A stretch of 64,000 bases of DNA from Nemertoderma westbladi (Eukaryota; Animalia; Xenacoelomorpha): contig JAUCBJ010001161.1 in assembly GCA_032718475.1 (NCBI GenBank), forward strand, positions 1 through 64,000. Direction: 5' to 3'. Positions 11,413-21,527 of this stretch are shown here, piece after piece. A model generated the notes under the pieces. The model was not told where the DNA came from. It saw only the letters and a program-made list of their open reading frames with translations, and made no database searches. Each line of letters begins with the position of its first letter. Within the stretch, counting starts at the first letter, position 1. The translations under genes were made by a program, and so were the position numbers.

Positions 11413-14400
11413 TCACGTTGGGGAGTCCCTAGATGTTTGAGGAATTAGGGAGGTGGTAGTGGGAAGAGTGTCTTGCCTTCCATAGTTTCCGGAGAGTTCT
11501 CTGTCTCTTTCCAGTAAACATAAACGACCAACTGGGCGATTGAGTTGTTGCGTCTCAAAGATTATGCCTGGCTTCTTGAAGTTACGCCGCATGACGATGA
11601 GTTCTACTGAGCGTACTAAACCATCATCCGAGATGTGGGTCTCGATGATACGACCTGTCTGCCACCGTTTACGTGGGAGGTCTGGATCTACAATAAGCAC
11701 CATATCTCCGGCGCTGACGTTTTCTTGCTGCGCAAACCACTTAGTTCGAAGTTGTAGCGTGGGCAGATAATGTTTCTCGAAATGGTCAGCGAAACGACGG
11801 GATAGCAACTGCATAAGTTGCCAAGTTCGACGGCAGTATTCGTCTCCGTCGGCAATCTCCGATCGTGGGAGCATGGTTACAGGTTTCTTCAGTAGGAAGT
11901 GCGCGGGTGTTAGCGCTTCCAGGGAATCGGGACTCGATGAGACTGGCATAAGCGGTCTCTCGTTGAGATAGGCAGCTATTTCCTCCATTAACGTCCGCAA
12001 AAGTTCGTCGGTGAGATACGCGAGGCATGACACTATAAAGTGAAATGCGGTCTTGACACTTCTAATTAATCTCTCCCAACTTCCTCCCCACCAAGGTGCG
12101 TCGGCGGCGTTGAAGGTCCAGCTAGACGCTGTTATCCTTAGCTGATCGTCCACCTGTCTTTGGTTCCAGTCCTTCACGTAAGCCTGTATTTCGTTATTGG
12201 CACCAATGAAGTTCGTTCCCTTATCCGATCTCATGGTATTACTCGTCCCGAAACGAGCGATCCGTTGGCGTAAACTTAAGACGAAGCTGTTGTTAGATAG
12301 ATCGTTCACCATATCGAGATGGATGGCTCTACAAGTCATGCATACGAAGATGACACACCATCTCTTGACTATAGTCCTAGCACGATATACTTCAATAGGG
12401 CCAAATAAATCTACACCAGTATTAGTAAAAGGTGGTTCATAGAAGCTTACTCGTTCCCTAGGTAATTCTGCCTCTCGCTGTGTTAAAGGCCTACTGAATG
12501 CTTTCCTACAGGGTATGCAGTTCCTAAGAACTTGGTTCAGAGCTCTACGGGGTTTATCAAAATAATAGCGAGTTCGAATTTCGCTAAGAACTCGTTCTCT
12601 ACCAGCATGATAAAGTTTACTGTGAACATCTACAATCATCTTGATTTGTACTTCAAGATTTCTAATGAGTATGGGAAATTTAGTGTCAAAGGATAAGGGC
12701 GCGTTGGTGAGCCTTCCTCCAACACGTATTAACCCATCTATCATTGTGCTAGAGAATCGATCCCTTAAGCGCATCTGCGGATTTCTCAACAACAGGAAAT
12801 ACTTTTCGGAATCCTCATAGCATTGCAGGAGTCTCAGTATCTGCTTATTGGTTTCTTCATGCTCCTGGTGACTAATTTTCTCCTTTAGAAAACGGTCAGA
12901 TGTCTTATATTTTGGTAAATTTTTAATAACATGAACTTGCGCAGATGTCAATGGAGCGATATCACTAATGGTCTTCGTCCTGGAGTAGTGATGATGAAAA
13001 CATCTCCTTAAATACGTGATGGCTTTACAGAGCCGATTCCAGGAACTGTAGTGATGCATTGTTTGCTGCAGCAGGGGTGAGATTCCTTGCGAGATGTCAG
13101 GTATTTCAGATTTCCAGTCTCTATCTCTAATTTCCACAACAGACTTATTTGTGTTGAGGGATTGTGGATCCGAAGCATCATTCCCGGAAGTATGTAATAC
13201 AGATAGATCGATAGTCGGTTTAAATAACTTCGATTTACTCGCCCGGGTTTTAGGTTTGACTGTCTCCGCTCCCTTGGCTTGTCTAATATCCGCCGTAGTA
13301 AGGTGAGGAGGCCATTCATCCTCTTCCTTGCTCAGGAAGTCGGGTCCACCCAACCAGTCTGGAGTATCTATCAGTTCCTGTGGAGTTGCTCCCCGAGAGG
13401 CGATATCGGCTGGATTAATCGTACCAGGGCAATGTCTCCATTGATCTATCTTTGTGCGACTAAGAATAATAGCTACCCTGTTAGTAACAAAAACGCTGAA
13501 CTGGCAGACTTCATTGGTTAGATACTCCAACACGAGTAAAGCGTCGGTCCAATAAACCGTTTTCTCCAGTGGATAGTCGATTTGTTCCGTTATGTTCCGG
13601 CCGATGGCTGTAGCGTATAAAGCCGCCTTTAACTCCGCTCGAGGAACCTTTAACTTGTTGTTAATCAATGCCTTAGAGGTAACCAAGGCGACTTTGATTC
13701 CATCCGGAGTTTCGACTCGCAGATATGCTACTATACCTATTCCCATGTCGCTGGCGTCTCCAAACACATGGAGTTGATAGGAATACGTAGGAAGAACATG
13801 ACCAAAATATGCACGGGAAATTATAAAGTTCTCGATGGCAGGTAGAGAATCTTCCCATTTCATCCATTTCTTTAACAGTTCTCCCTTAAGCGGATCGTCC
13901 CATGAGTGGTTTTCAAGCCACATTTGTTGTACTAAACTCCGAGCAATCAATATAACTGGGCTAATAAATCCCAATGGGTCGAAATAAGTGCTCAGGATAC
14001 TTAAACAAATCCGTTTGGTCCGAACTGGATTATCTCGCTGTTTTAGCTGAAAAAACAGGATGTCTCTTTCAGTGTCCCACTTCAAGCCAAGCGTCTTGGT
14101 TTCTGGAAGATCGTCCTTTATTAAGTCTAGGTCTTTCGTTCCTCGGTCTTCTACCGGTATCGCTTCCAGAAACTCACGGGAGTTGCTAGTGAATTTCGTC
14201 AGTCGAAATCCACCTCTTTTCAAACACTCTACCGTTCCTTTCGCGACATCAATGGCTTCTTCTACTGATGGAAGGGACCTTAAATTATCGTCCATGTATA
14301 TATTACGCTTGATGTTGTCTATCACCTCTTTTGAGAAGGAGTCTCGGTTGTCATTCGCAGTGGTTCGCACCACGGAGCAGGCGTTGGAAGGACTAGATAT

Positions 14401-17400
14401 GATCCCAAAAGCCTGGATGGTCATCCAGTACTCTATCGGTTTCTGATTGAGGTCTCCTTCAGGCCACCACAGAAATCTCAGGCTGTCTCTATCTCTATCC
14501 AGCGCCTTGACTTGTAAGAACATTCCTTCTATATCGGAGGCGAACGCGATGGAATATTGTCTTAATCTTAAAAGTATTCCCAACAAAGATTGGAGTAAGT
14601 TGGGTCCTGGTAACAACTCGGAATTGAGGGATTGGCCCATATATAGCGCGGAGCCATCGAATACGACTCGTACTTCATGGGGTTTACCGGGTTTGGGAAC
14701 GTAATGATGTGTTAAGTAATACGTTCTCTCCGTCACTGGTGTTCCTTCCGGTACTCGCTCCGCGTATCCCTTTGTTATAAATTTCTTCAGCTGAGTTTGG
14801 TACATTTCTTTAGCTGAAGCATTAGCCGTAAGGCGTCGATGCAATTGAGCGATTCTTTTCTCTGCCAAGGGTCTGTTATTTATAAATCTAGGTTCTCGTT
14901 TTCGAAATGGTAGGCCGATTTCATATCTACCTTGGTCCTTTAAAAAACGTGTAGTTGTTTCCTGGATTTGCTTGGCTCTTTCTTCTTCTATCGATAGAGC
15001 CTTATCGTATGAATTGGGCTCTACCAGTTCTTGAGTAAAGAATCGTACGGCTAGTTCGTCCCGAGTTCTAGCGTTGTAGCGCTCTATCTCATCGTTTAGT
15101 TCGTCATTGTAAGCAATGGGTTCCGATGGGCGAATCAGTTGACATAGGTTCACCTGATTTTTCCAAGTTTGGTTTTCTGTAAGTAGGTTGATTGTGTTCT
15201 CTTCTTCAAAGAGTTGGTAGATGTCGTCATTATCTGAGGAGTATGGTGTTCCCTCAGTTAGTTCGTCCACCTCACTGCTCTCCACTTCCCAATCGTTTAC
15301 TTGGTATATTTGTTCTTGTGGCATTCTCTTTTCGAGAGTCCTGCGGGAAGGGCCAGTAAAGTACCAACCTACTCTAGTTCTTACCGCATAGGTTTGCAGT
15401 GGCTGCGGTTGAGCAGGCCGTTTCTCCAATGTCTCGAGCGCCTCATGCGCGTTTTGGCCGATGAGTATTTGCACTCCAGGATAATCTGTCTGGAATCGAG
15501 GTATCTTAAGATGTTGGATGCTCTCATCCTCGTCCCAATTATAAAGGTCTGCTTGAGTAGTAGCGAAGTTCTTTATAGCCACCATTTTTACCGACCTTAT
15601 ACCTTGTGCTCCTAATTTATCCTGGGGGGTGGACAACACACCTACATAGTAATCTGCCGTTAGGGTAGATTTCCAAACCTGCATAATTCCTGACATATTC
15701 AATTTAGTCCGGAATTTAGGTTGTCCAGCAAAGATATCTTCGGCTAGTTCTTGATCGATGAATGTTCCTGTGCTGCCGGAGTCAAGGAGTACGTTCACTA
15801 TGTAACTTTTGTTAGGACCGTGAACTCTTACCTGCACTACAGGAAATTCTATGATTCCTACGTTGGAAGTTGGAGCTTTCCAAGATGGTTGTCTGGCAAA
15901 AGTAGTTGGGGGAAACTCATTGTTGGTGTCCTTTTCATAAGTAAGTTCTCGATACACCGCGGTATTGATTAGATAACAGGATTCGTTGGCGTCGGAGAAT
16001 TCGTCAGTATAGAATCCTTCCATCTCAGATTCTTGATCAGTGTCATTTACATCACTGAATTGGACAATATGTAGTTCGGGCTCACTTACCTGACTCGGGT
16101 TGTCTCGTTCGAACTCACTGTGTAACAAGATGTGATGTTTCGCGCTACACTTTGCACACTTTACGTCGGAGTAACAGGTTCGCCGTTGGTGTCCTGGTCT
16201 GAGGCAATTATAGCATAACCGCTTATCCCACACGACTGCACGTCTGTGTACAAGAGATTTCTTTAGAAATTCAGCACACGCACTCAAACGGTGGGTCCCG
16301 TCGCACAGCGCACAGTTAGGTTTTATGTTACTCACTTTACCTTGGGTAACCTGATGCACTCTCATTCTTTCTTCGGGCTTTCTTCCGTGCATTCTGTTAG
16401 GAGACTGAGGAGGGGTCTTGGCAACCTGTTCTCTCCTATCGTTGGTTCGAGCCTTATATTTACTTACGTCTTTTGGGGTTTTGTTAACGTAGTAAAATTT
16501 GTCAGTGTCTTTCCCGCTGTCCTCTTCTTGAGAAGCTTGGCTTTCGCCGTCGTCAGTGTAACACACCGGTGTGACTCTTCTCCTAGAAACGGGTTTCTCA
16601 CTTACCTTATTTTCCGATGTTTTTTCTCTGGACTGCTTGATGAGTTGTAGTTTCACTTCACCATCTAAGAAGGACATGAGATCAGTCATGGTAGGGCTTC
16701 GTCGTTGCTGTTCATTCATGTACAACACTTTCTTGTCCCAACGGGTACATACTCCACCCTTTGGTAAAGTAGAGACTACTGCTCCAATAACCATGGAACT
16801 CTGATATTCATGAGACTTACCTAACCAGTCCAATTGTCTACAGATCTCCTGAATCTCATCGGAAAACTCTATAATCACGCTACTAAGGAAGTTTCGGGGG
16901 GCTACTAATTTTGCATACAAATACTTAGCTATGTTATCCTTGTTACCATACCTGATGTTTAATGTATCCCAAACTTGTCTTAATCCTTCTGGATGTCCAA
17001 TAAACTTTAACGCCATTAACTTGGGAGGTCCTTCCAAGCACTTGATGAGGAACCTAAGTTTCTCGCCGTTAGATAGCACAGAGTTCTGTATGCTGTCTTT
17101 GTAATATTCGTTGAAAGGTAACCATTTCATCTCATCTCCATTGAATTTGACGATCTCTCCCACTTTGACCGCTTGGCGGGCTTCTGTTCTAGCCATCTGA
17201 TGCGTAAAGCTTTCTTGGGCCATCGTGTTATTTAATATCGAATTATCGGTATATAAATTTCTCGGATCATTATCAGGTCTATAGGGAATATCATTAACAA
17301 CAGGTCTATAATCACCCTTAATAGGGTTTGCTATAGGAGTTTCTACTTCACTAGCAGTATAGATGCGTGTAGGCTCCACACCTTGCGCATGTAATACTTC

Positions 17401-18189
17401 AGACCTAACAGGTTGACACAATTTTACAGGGGGTATTGGTATACCATTTTGTATATTGACTAATTTGTCGCGTTCTAGCGCGATACTTTGCTGCACTTCT
17501 TGCAATTCTGCCCTACCTTCCCTTACGGTTCCCTTAAGTTGGTGGACAGTCTCCTGCATCTGTCCGAGCAGGAGATTCATCCCCCGCCGTCCCTCCTCTA
17601 CCCACTCGACCGCCGAAGCGGGAGTCGCCAACATTGTAGCGGGCTGACGCGGGACGACAGGAGACAAATCTTTGATTTCTCTCTCAGCTTCCAGGACAGG
17701 GATATTCTCATGGACTGTTCTACCGGGTACAGGCAGTGTAGTACTGTGTAAAGGGAATTTAGAGTTAAGCTCTGGAAGTACTGGGGTCTCTAGCACAGGA
17801 GTGACTTTGGGAACGACAGGCCTAATTATTTCAGGCTCATCAACTATGGTAGGGAGTTTTTTGACCTTAATAATTTGGTCTGTAGGTTCTATACTACTTA
17901 AGTCTGTGCTAGCTAGTTGCCTTCTAACAGCTGGGGGCAAATCAGGCAATTTGTGACGGTAAGATGTTTTTCTACGCCTGCTTAGACGAGATCTATTTCC
18001 TCCGCCTTCAGGATCGGTGGTTTCGCTTTCCTCCGATGATGTATATCCCTGGCGTTTGGGAGTAGATCTTCTCATCATCTGCATGTGACTAGCAGTTAAC
18101 TGTTTATTTATGTTGTCTTGCGTCTCTTGCAGATTTTCCAACTCTAGTTGGGTAGTCTCCTCAGACGCTCTCAGTTCTGCTTCTGCCAC
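11413..18189 (-). CDS. Gag-Pol polyprotein of BEL/Pao element A (gag, three Zn knuckles, protease, RT, RNase H, integrase)
   Basis: 2258 aa uninterrupted; KFNGDEMKW gag motif, CALC/CYNC/CAKC knuckles, LLDSGS, YMDD, LHVFGDAS, HHCC, VDLFG/SDKGTNF/GSWER; true start uncertain (see +1 frameshift finding). Confidence 0.96.
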   Translation of the reverse strand: MAEAELRASEETTQLELENLQETQDNINKQLTASHMQMMRRSTPKRQGYTSSEESETTDPEGGGNRSRLSRRRKTSYRHKLPDLPPAVRRQLASTDLSSIEPTDQIIKVKKLPTIVDEPEIIRPVVPKVTPVLETPVLPELNSKFPLHSTTLPVPGRTVHENIPVLEAEREIKDLSPVVPRQPATMLATPASAVEWVEEGRRGMNLLLGQMQETVHQLKGTVREGRAELQEVQQSIALERDKLVNIQNGIPIPPVKLCQPVRSEVLHAQGVEPTRIYTASEVETPIANPIKGDYRPVVNDIPYRPDNDPRNLYTDNSILNNTMAQESFTHQMARTEARQAVKVGEIVKFNGDEMKWLPFNEYYKDSIQNSVLSNGEKLRFLIKCLEGPPKLMALKFIGHPEGLRQVWDTLNIRYGNKDNIAKYLYAKLVAPRNFLSSVIIEFSDEIQEICRQLDWLGKSHEYQSSMVIGAVVSTLPKGGVCTRWDKKVLYMNEQQRRSPTMTDLMSFLDGEVKLQLIKQSREKTSENKVSEKPVSRRRVTPVCYTDDGESQASQEEDSGKDTDKFYYVNKTPKDVSKYKARTNDRREQVAKTPPQSPNRMHGRKPEERMRVHQVTQGKVSNIKPNCALCDGTHRLSACAEFLKKSLVHRRAVVWDKRLCYNCLRPGHQRRTCYSDVKCAKCSAKHHILLHSEFERDNPSQVSEPELHIVQFSDVNDTDQESEMEGFYTDEFSDANESCYLINTAVYRELTYEKDTNNEFPPTTFARQPSWKAPTSNVGIIEFPVVQVRVHGPNKSYIVNVLLDSGSTGTFIDQELAEDIFAGQPKFRTKLNMSGIMQVWKSTLTADYYVGVLSTPQDKLGAQGIRSVKMVAIKNFATTQADLYNWDEDESIQHLKIPRFQTDYPGVQILIGQNAHEALETLEKRPAQPQPLQTYAVRTRVGWYFTGPSRRTLEKRMPQEQIYQVNDWEVESSEVDELTEGTPYSSDNDDIYQLFEEENTINLLTENQTWKNQVNLCQLIRPSEPIAYNDELNDEIERYNARTRDELAVRFFTQELVEPNSYDKALSIEEERAKQIQETTTRFLKDQGRYEIGLPFRKREPRFINNRPLAEKRIAQLHRRLTANASAKEMYQTQLKKFITKGYAERVPEGTPVTERTYYLTHHYVPKPGKPHEVRVVFDGSALYMGQSLNSELLPGPNLLQSLLGILLRLRQYSIAFASDIEGMFLQVKALDRDRDSLRFLWWPEGDLNQKPIEYWMTIQAFGIISSPSNACSVVRTTANDNRDSFSKEVIDNIKRNIYMDDNLRSLPSVEEAIDVAKGTVECLKRGGFRLTKFTSNSREFLEAIPVEDRGTKDLDLIKDDLPETKTLGLKWDTERDILFFQLKQRDNPVRTKRICLSILSTYFDPLGFISPVILIARSLVQQMWLENHSWDDPLKGELLKKWMKWEDSLPAIENFIISRAYFGHVLPTYSYQLHVFGDASDMGIGIVAYLRVETPDGIKVALVTSKALINNKLKVPRAELKAALYATAIGRNITEQIDYPLEKTVYWTDALLVLEYLTNEVCQFSVFVTNRVAIILSRTKIDQWRHCPGTINPADIASRGATPQELIDTPDWLGGPDFLSKEEDEWPPHLTTADIRQAKGAETVKPKTRASKSKLFKPTIDLSVLHTSGNDASDPQSLNTNKSVVEIRDRDWKSEIPDISQGISPLLQQTMHHYSSWNRLCKAITYLRRCFHHHYSRTKTISDIAPLTSAQVHVIKNLPKYKTSDRFLKEKISHQEHEETNKQILRLLQCYEDSEKYFLLLRNPQMRLRDRFSSTMIDGLIRVGGRLTNAPLSFDTKFPILIRNLEVQIKMIVDVHSKLYHAGRERVLSEIRTRYYFDKPRRALNQVLRNCIPCRKAFSRPLTQREAELPRERVSFYEPPFTNTGVDLFGPIEVYRARTIVKRWCVIFVCMTCRAIHLDMVNDLSNNSFVLSLRQRIARFGTSNTMRSDKGTNFIGANNEIQAYVKDWNQRQVDDQLRITASSWTFNAADAPWWGGSWERLIRSVKTAFHFIVSCLAYLTDELLRTLMEEIAAYLNERPLMPVSSSPDSLEALTPAHFLLKKPVTMLPRSEIADGDEYCRRTWQLMQLLSRRFADHFEKHYLPTLQLRTKWFAQQENVSAGDMVLIVDPDLPRKRWQTGRIIETHISDDGLVRSVELIVMRRNFKKPGIIFETQQLNRPVGRLCLLERDRELSGNYGRQDTLPTTTSLIPQTSRDSPT

Positions 18190-19468
18190 CGCTGCCTTTT
18201 CTTTCTGCTTCTGCTGCTGCTGCTGCCTTTGCTGCTTCTGCTGCTGCCTTTGCTGCTTCTGCTTCTGCCGCCGTTACTGCTGCTGCCTTTCGGTCCTCTA
18301 TCCGTTTTTTCTTTACTTGTTCTTCTTGGACTCTAGCGAGGCGGAGTTTTTCATCAAATTTAGCTTGGTTTGCAGCTAACATTTCCGCATCGATTGCGTC
18401 CAACACAAGCTTGGTTCCTTCACTATTAGGGCGAAGTCCAGACAGTCGTCTCCTCAACTCTTCGTCTCCTAGGAATCGTTGATAGTCTGACAGATAGATG
18501 TCTATGGCGTCTCTCGAGGGCGGCTTCTCTGCTGGTGTCTCTTCGCTTTCCATTTGAGAAAGGGTGGCATCGGTTGGTTCTTCATAGGTTGGTCTCTCAG
18601 TCAGCTGGGATTTCCACTGAACCGTTTCTTGAACTTTGAGACCTACCCGCTGGAACCAAGTCTTGACAGCAACTTGCAGCGACGTGTCCTGTCTTCTTTT
18701 GGAAGTTTCCTCAAAGGCTGATAGGATTAGTCTAATGCGTAGGGTTCTTTCACGTACTTGATATAGCAGCTCTTCCTGCTCTTGAGGTCCTTGGGGTTGT
18801 CGAAACAGTTGTTCTTCTAATCGCTCTAAGGAGCCGAAGAATCCCTGCACATATCCTGCTGCCGACCTCTTCCAAACAGCTGGATCCATCGTATCTTTAG
18901 CCACTCCCATCCTGTGTATCTCTTCCCAAGTAGCTTCGGACAAATCTAACGGGAGTCCGGGTCCGGGAAAGTTCCATTGTGACTCGACAATAGACATCAA
19001 TTCTTCCCTGGCGTATCCCGCATAACTATCTTGGGTCGCTCGCTTACTTCTCGCCCAATCGGCTTGATGTTCCTCCACCGCCATCAATATAGTAGTTAGT
19101 ACTGCGGCAGGAAGGGTGAGAAGGGGATCCGAGTAGGCTGTAGCCGCCATCTGCACTCCGCGTTCGGGGGTCAGCTCTACAGTATCCGAACTACTGGAGC
19201 TATCTGATCGCTGGGAACAAGTTTCTTGACTAGGATGTTGCTGCGGTTGGACAGCTGCTTCCTGGTTCCGTTTGACTTGGGCCCGAGTGCCGATGATAGA
19301 CCTACGGTGTTGGATTAGCTTAGGGTCTGATACTACTACTGGAGGGATGACCTTTCTTTCAGTAGGAGGTGAGCTGAACTCCTTTCTTAATCGCTCCACA
19401 CTCCTATCTGTGTCACAGATGGTTGTATCGATCAGACTGTCTGACAGGTTTTGCTGGGTGTCAGACAT
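18161..19468 (-). CDS. Upstream ORF1 of element A (helical/coiled-coil; probable N-terminal part of Gag)
   Basis: 435 aa starting with ATG; homologous ORF in B (50901-51734); overlaps Gag-Pol, which is in the +1 frame. Confidence 0.8.
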   Translation of the reverse strand: MSDTQQNLSDSLIDTTICDTDRSVERLRKEFSSPPTERKVIPPVVVSDPKLIQHRRSIIGTRAQVKRNQEAAVQPQQHPSQETCSQRSDSSSSSDTVELTPERGVQMAATAYSDPLLTLPAAVLTTILMAVEEHQADWARSKRATQDSYAGYAREELMSIVESQWNFPGPGLPLDLSEATWEEIHRMGVAKDTMDPAVWKRSAAGYVQGFFGSLERLEEQLFRQPQGPQEQEELLYQVRERTLRIRLILSAFEETSKRRQDTSLQVAVKTWFQRVGLKVQETVQWKSQLTERPTYEEPTDATLSQMESEETPAEKPPSRDAIDIYLSDYQRFLGDEELRRRLSGLRPNSEGTKLVLDAIDAEMLAANQAKFDEKLRLARVQEEQVKKKRIEDRKAAAVTAAEAEAAKAAAEAAKAAAAAEAERKGSGGRSRTESV

Positions 19469-21237
19469 GTTTAGCTATACGGTTGAATGCCTACTGCTAT
19501 AGTTACAGTTAAAGCACGTCTAGTAATTCAGTATGACCGTTGGCCTAGTACCGGTAATTTATTGCAGTATATTAGAATACCGATATACACCTATAGTATA
19601 TATAAGTATTGTAAACTAGGTTTGTCACAGAGTACCGGTATATAGTTTTAACACAAATATATAAATATATAATAGGCCTATCGTGAATACCGGTATACAG
19701 CTTACACTTATAGTATATATAAGTATAATTATGAACTAGAATTAATTACAGAATACAGGTATGATTTCAGCCCAAATTTATAGAAATAAATATAATAGGC
19801 CTATGGTAAATACCGGTATGACAATTATTTTAGAATAATTGAATTTCTGAATATTTTAGGGTTACTTGGTTACTTTAACTTACTTTATTACCGTTATTTA
19901 AGCAGCAGCCCAACCGATATTGAGACCTAGTTGTTGTATGGCAGGCCTACTACTTATAAATCGTTTGAGTTGATTTATAATATTTATATACCCGTTTAAA
20001 ATGGGTTTTGTCAATATTTGAAATAAATGTTATTATTTCTGGGGGGTCACTACACAGAAGCTGTGCGCTCTCAGTGAAGTGCTATTTATTGGACACTAAA
20101 ACAGATAATTCTAATTTACCTAAGTTACTTAATACTACAAATTACTTACGATACGGGTGAGATTAAATCTCTAATTAAACACAACAAAAATATTACGTAC
20201 GAAATTTTAGGGTAATTTTACAGGAAGTCTACAAACCAGCCTAACAAAGGGTTAGAATTCTGGTTATTACAACGGACAGGGTACTATGGTATTTGAAAAT
20301 AATAAGTAGTAGTAAATATATTGCACTGTCCAGATAGGAAAATACCACCGCCTGACGACCTATAGCCGTATCGCTATAGGTACTACGTTATGTATCACGG
20401 AGTGTTCCTACCTGGAAGTTAATTACCGCGGACTACCAGATCCAACGTGCCTATTAACCACTTTACAACACAAATATACTGCCTACACACTAATTACTTT
20501 CGGAAAGCACTGTACACTAAACCCTAAATTAGGTACAAGTACTGGTACAACAAATAATCAGTAGTTAAATATACTTGAACAGTTAAAAGAACCACGGCAT
20601 CTGCTGGAGTGACCGGAGCACAAAGTCACCAGTCTTTACCTACGCCAAGCAGCCCGTGTAGTACCGGGGTTAATTTAACTATAACGGTATGTGTAACAAG
20701 CACAATTACTGTAGGAATAAACTTGGGGACATGAATGTTGCGAATAATCGCATAAACTCTGAATAATAAATATTACGCTACCCGTACAGAATACTCAAAC
20801 AAAATACAAACCAAATGCTGGCAGACTACCACCAAGCCTAAATAAACTACAGTATGTGCAGATTCCAAAATGGTTAGTTACTATGCGTTCTAACACGGTA
20901 GTACGACTTATTCTTTAAGAGGGGATTGACCTTACAGCTATGGCTGCCCCAACTTACTAACTGGCACTCTATCGGACAAACTCTACACACGCCGCAATCT
21001 CTCCAAACCCAACAACAATCCGACAACAGTCCGGCCTACAGTTATCTGAACAATCTGAGCAGACTTACACGTCTTCAGCTCAATATTAACTTACTAGGAA
21101 ATAAAACTGACAGAAATAGACCTAAGTAAAATCCCAATAAAAACCAGGCGTCCCCGATTTAATATCGAGACCTACCGGTATATAATTATCAAAATCGAAT
21201 AATACTAATGTACTTATACTGGAAGTACCGGTTAGGA

Positions 21238-21462
21238 CAGTTGGGCCTACGGACCTACAGCAGTACCGATTCTGGCAGTTAGGCCTACGGACCTACAGCA
21301 GTACCGGTTCTGGCAGTTGGGCCTACGGACCTACAGCAGTACCGATTCTGGCAGTTGGGCCTATGGACCTACAGCAGTACCGATTCTGGCAGTTGGGCCT
21401 ACGGACCTACAGCAGTACCGATTCTGGCAGTTGGGCCTACGGACCTACAGCAGTACCGGTTC
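21238..21462. repeat. 38-bp tandem repeat (about 6 units) in the leader of element A
   Basis: CAGTTGGGCCTACGGACCTACAGCAGTACCGATTCTGG at 21238, 21276, 21314, 21352, 21390, 21428. Confidence 0.95.
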
Positions 21463-21516
21463 AGGTTTACCGGTCGACCGGTACTTTCAACTTTATTGCT
21501 TACTGCAATAAAGACA

Positions 21517-21527
21517 ATAACTGTTAT
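21517..21527 (-). promoter_or_regulatory. Non-tRNA primer-binding-position 11-mer of element A, complementary to LTR site 22287-22297
   Basis: Minus strand ATAACAGTTAT directly after the 5' LTR with no TGG; exact complement inside the LTR. Confidence 0.7.

Noticed and set aside
21238-21462. 38-bp repeats as a CRISPR array or as coding ORFs
   Set aside because: Head-to-tail tandem units without spacers; the ORFs are by-products of the repeat
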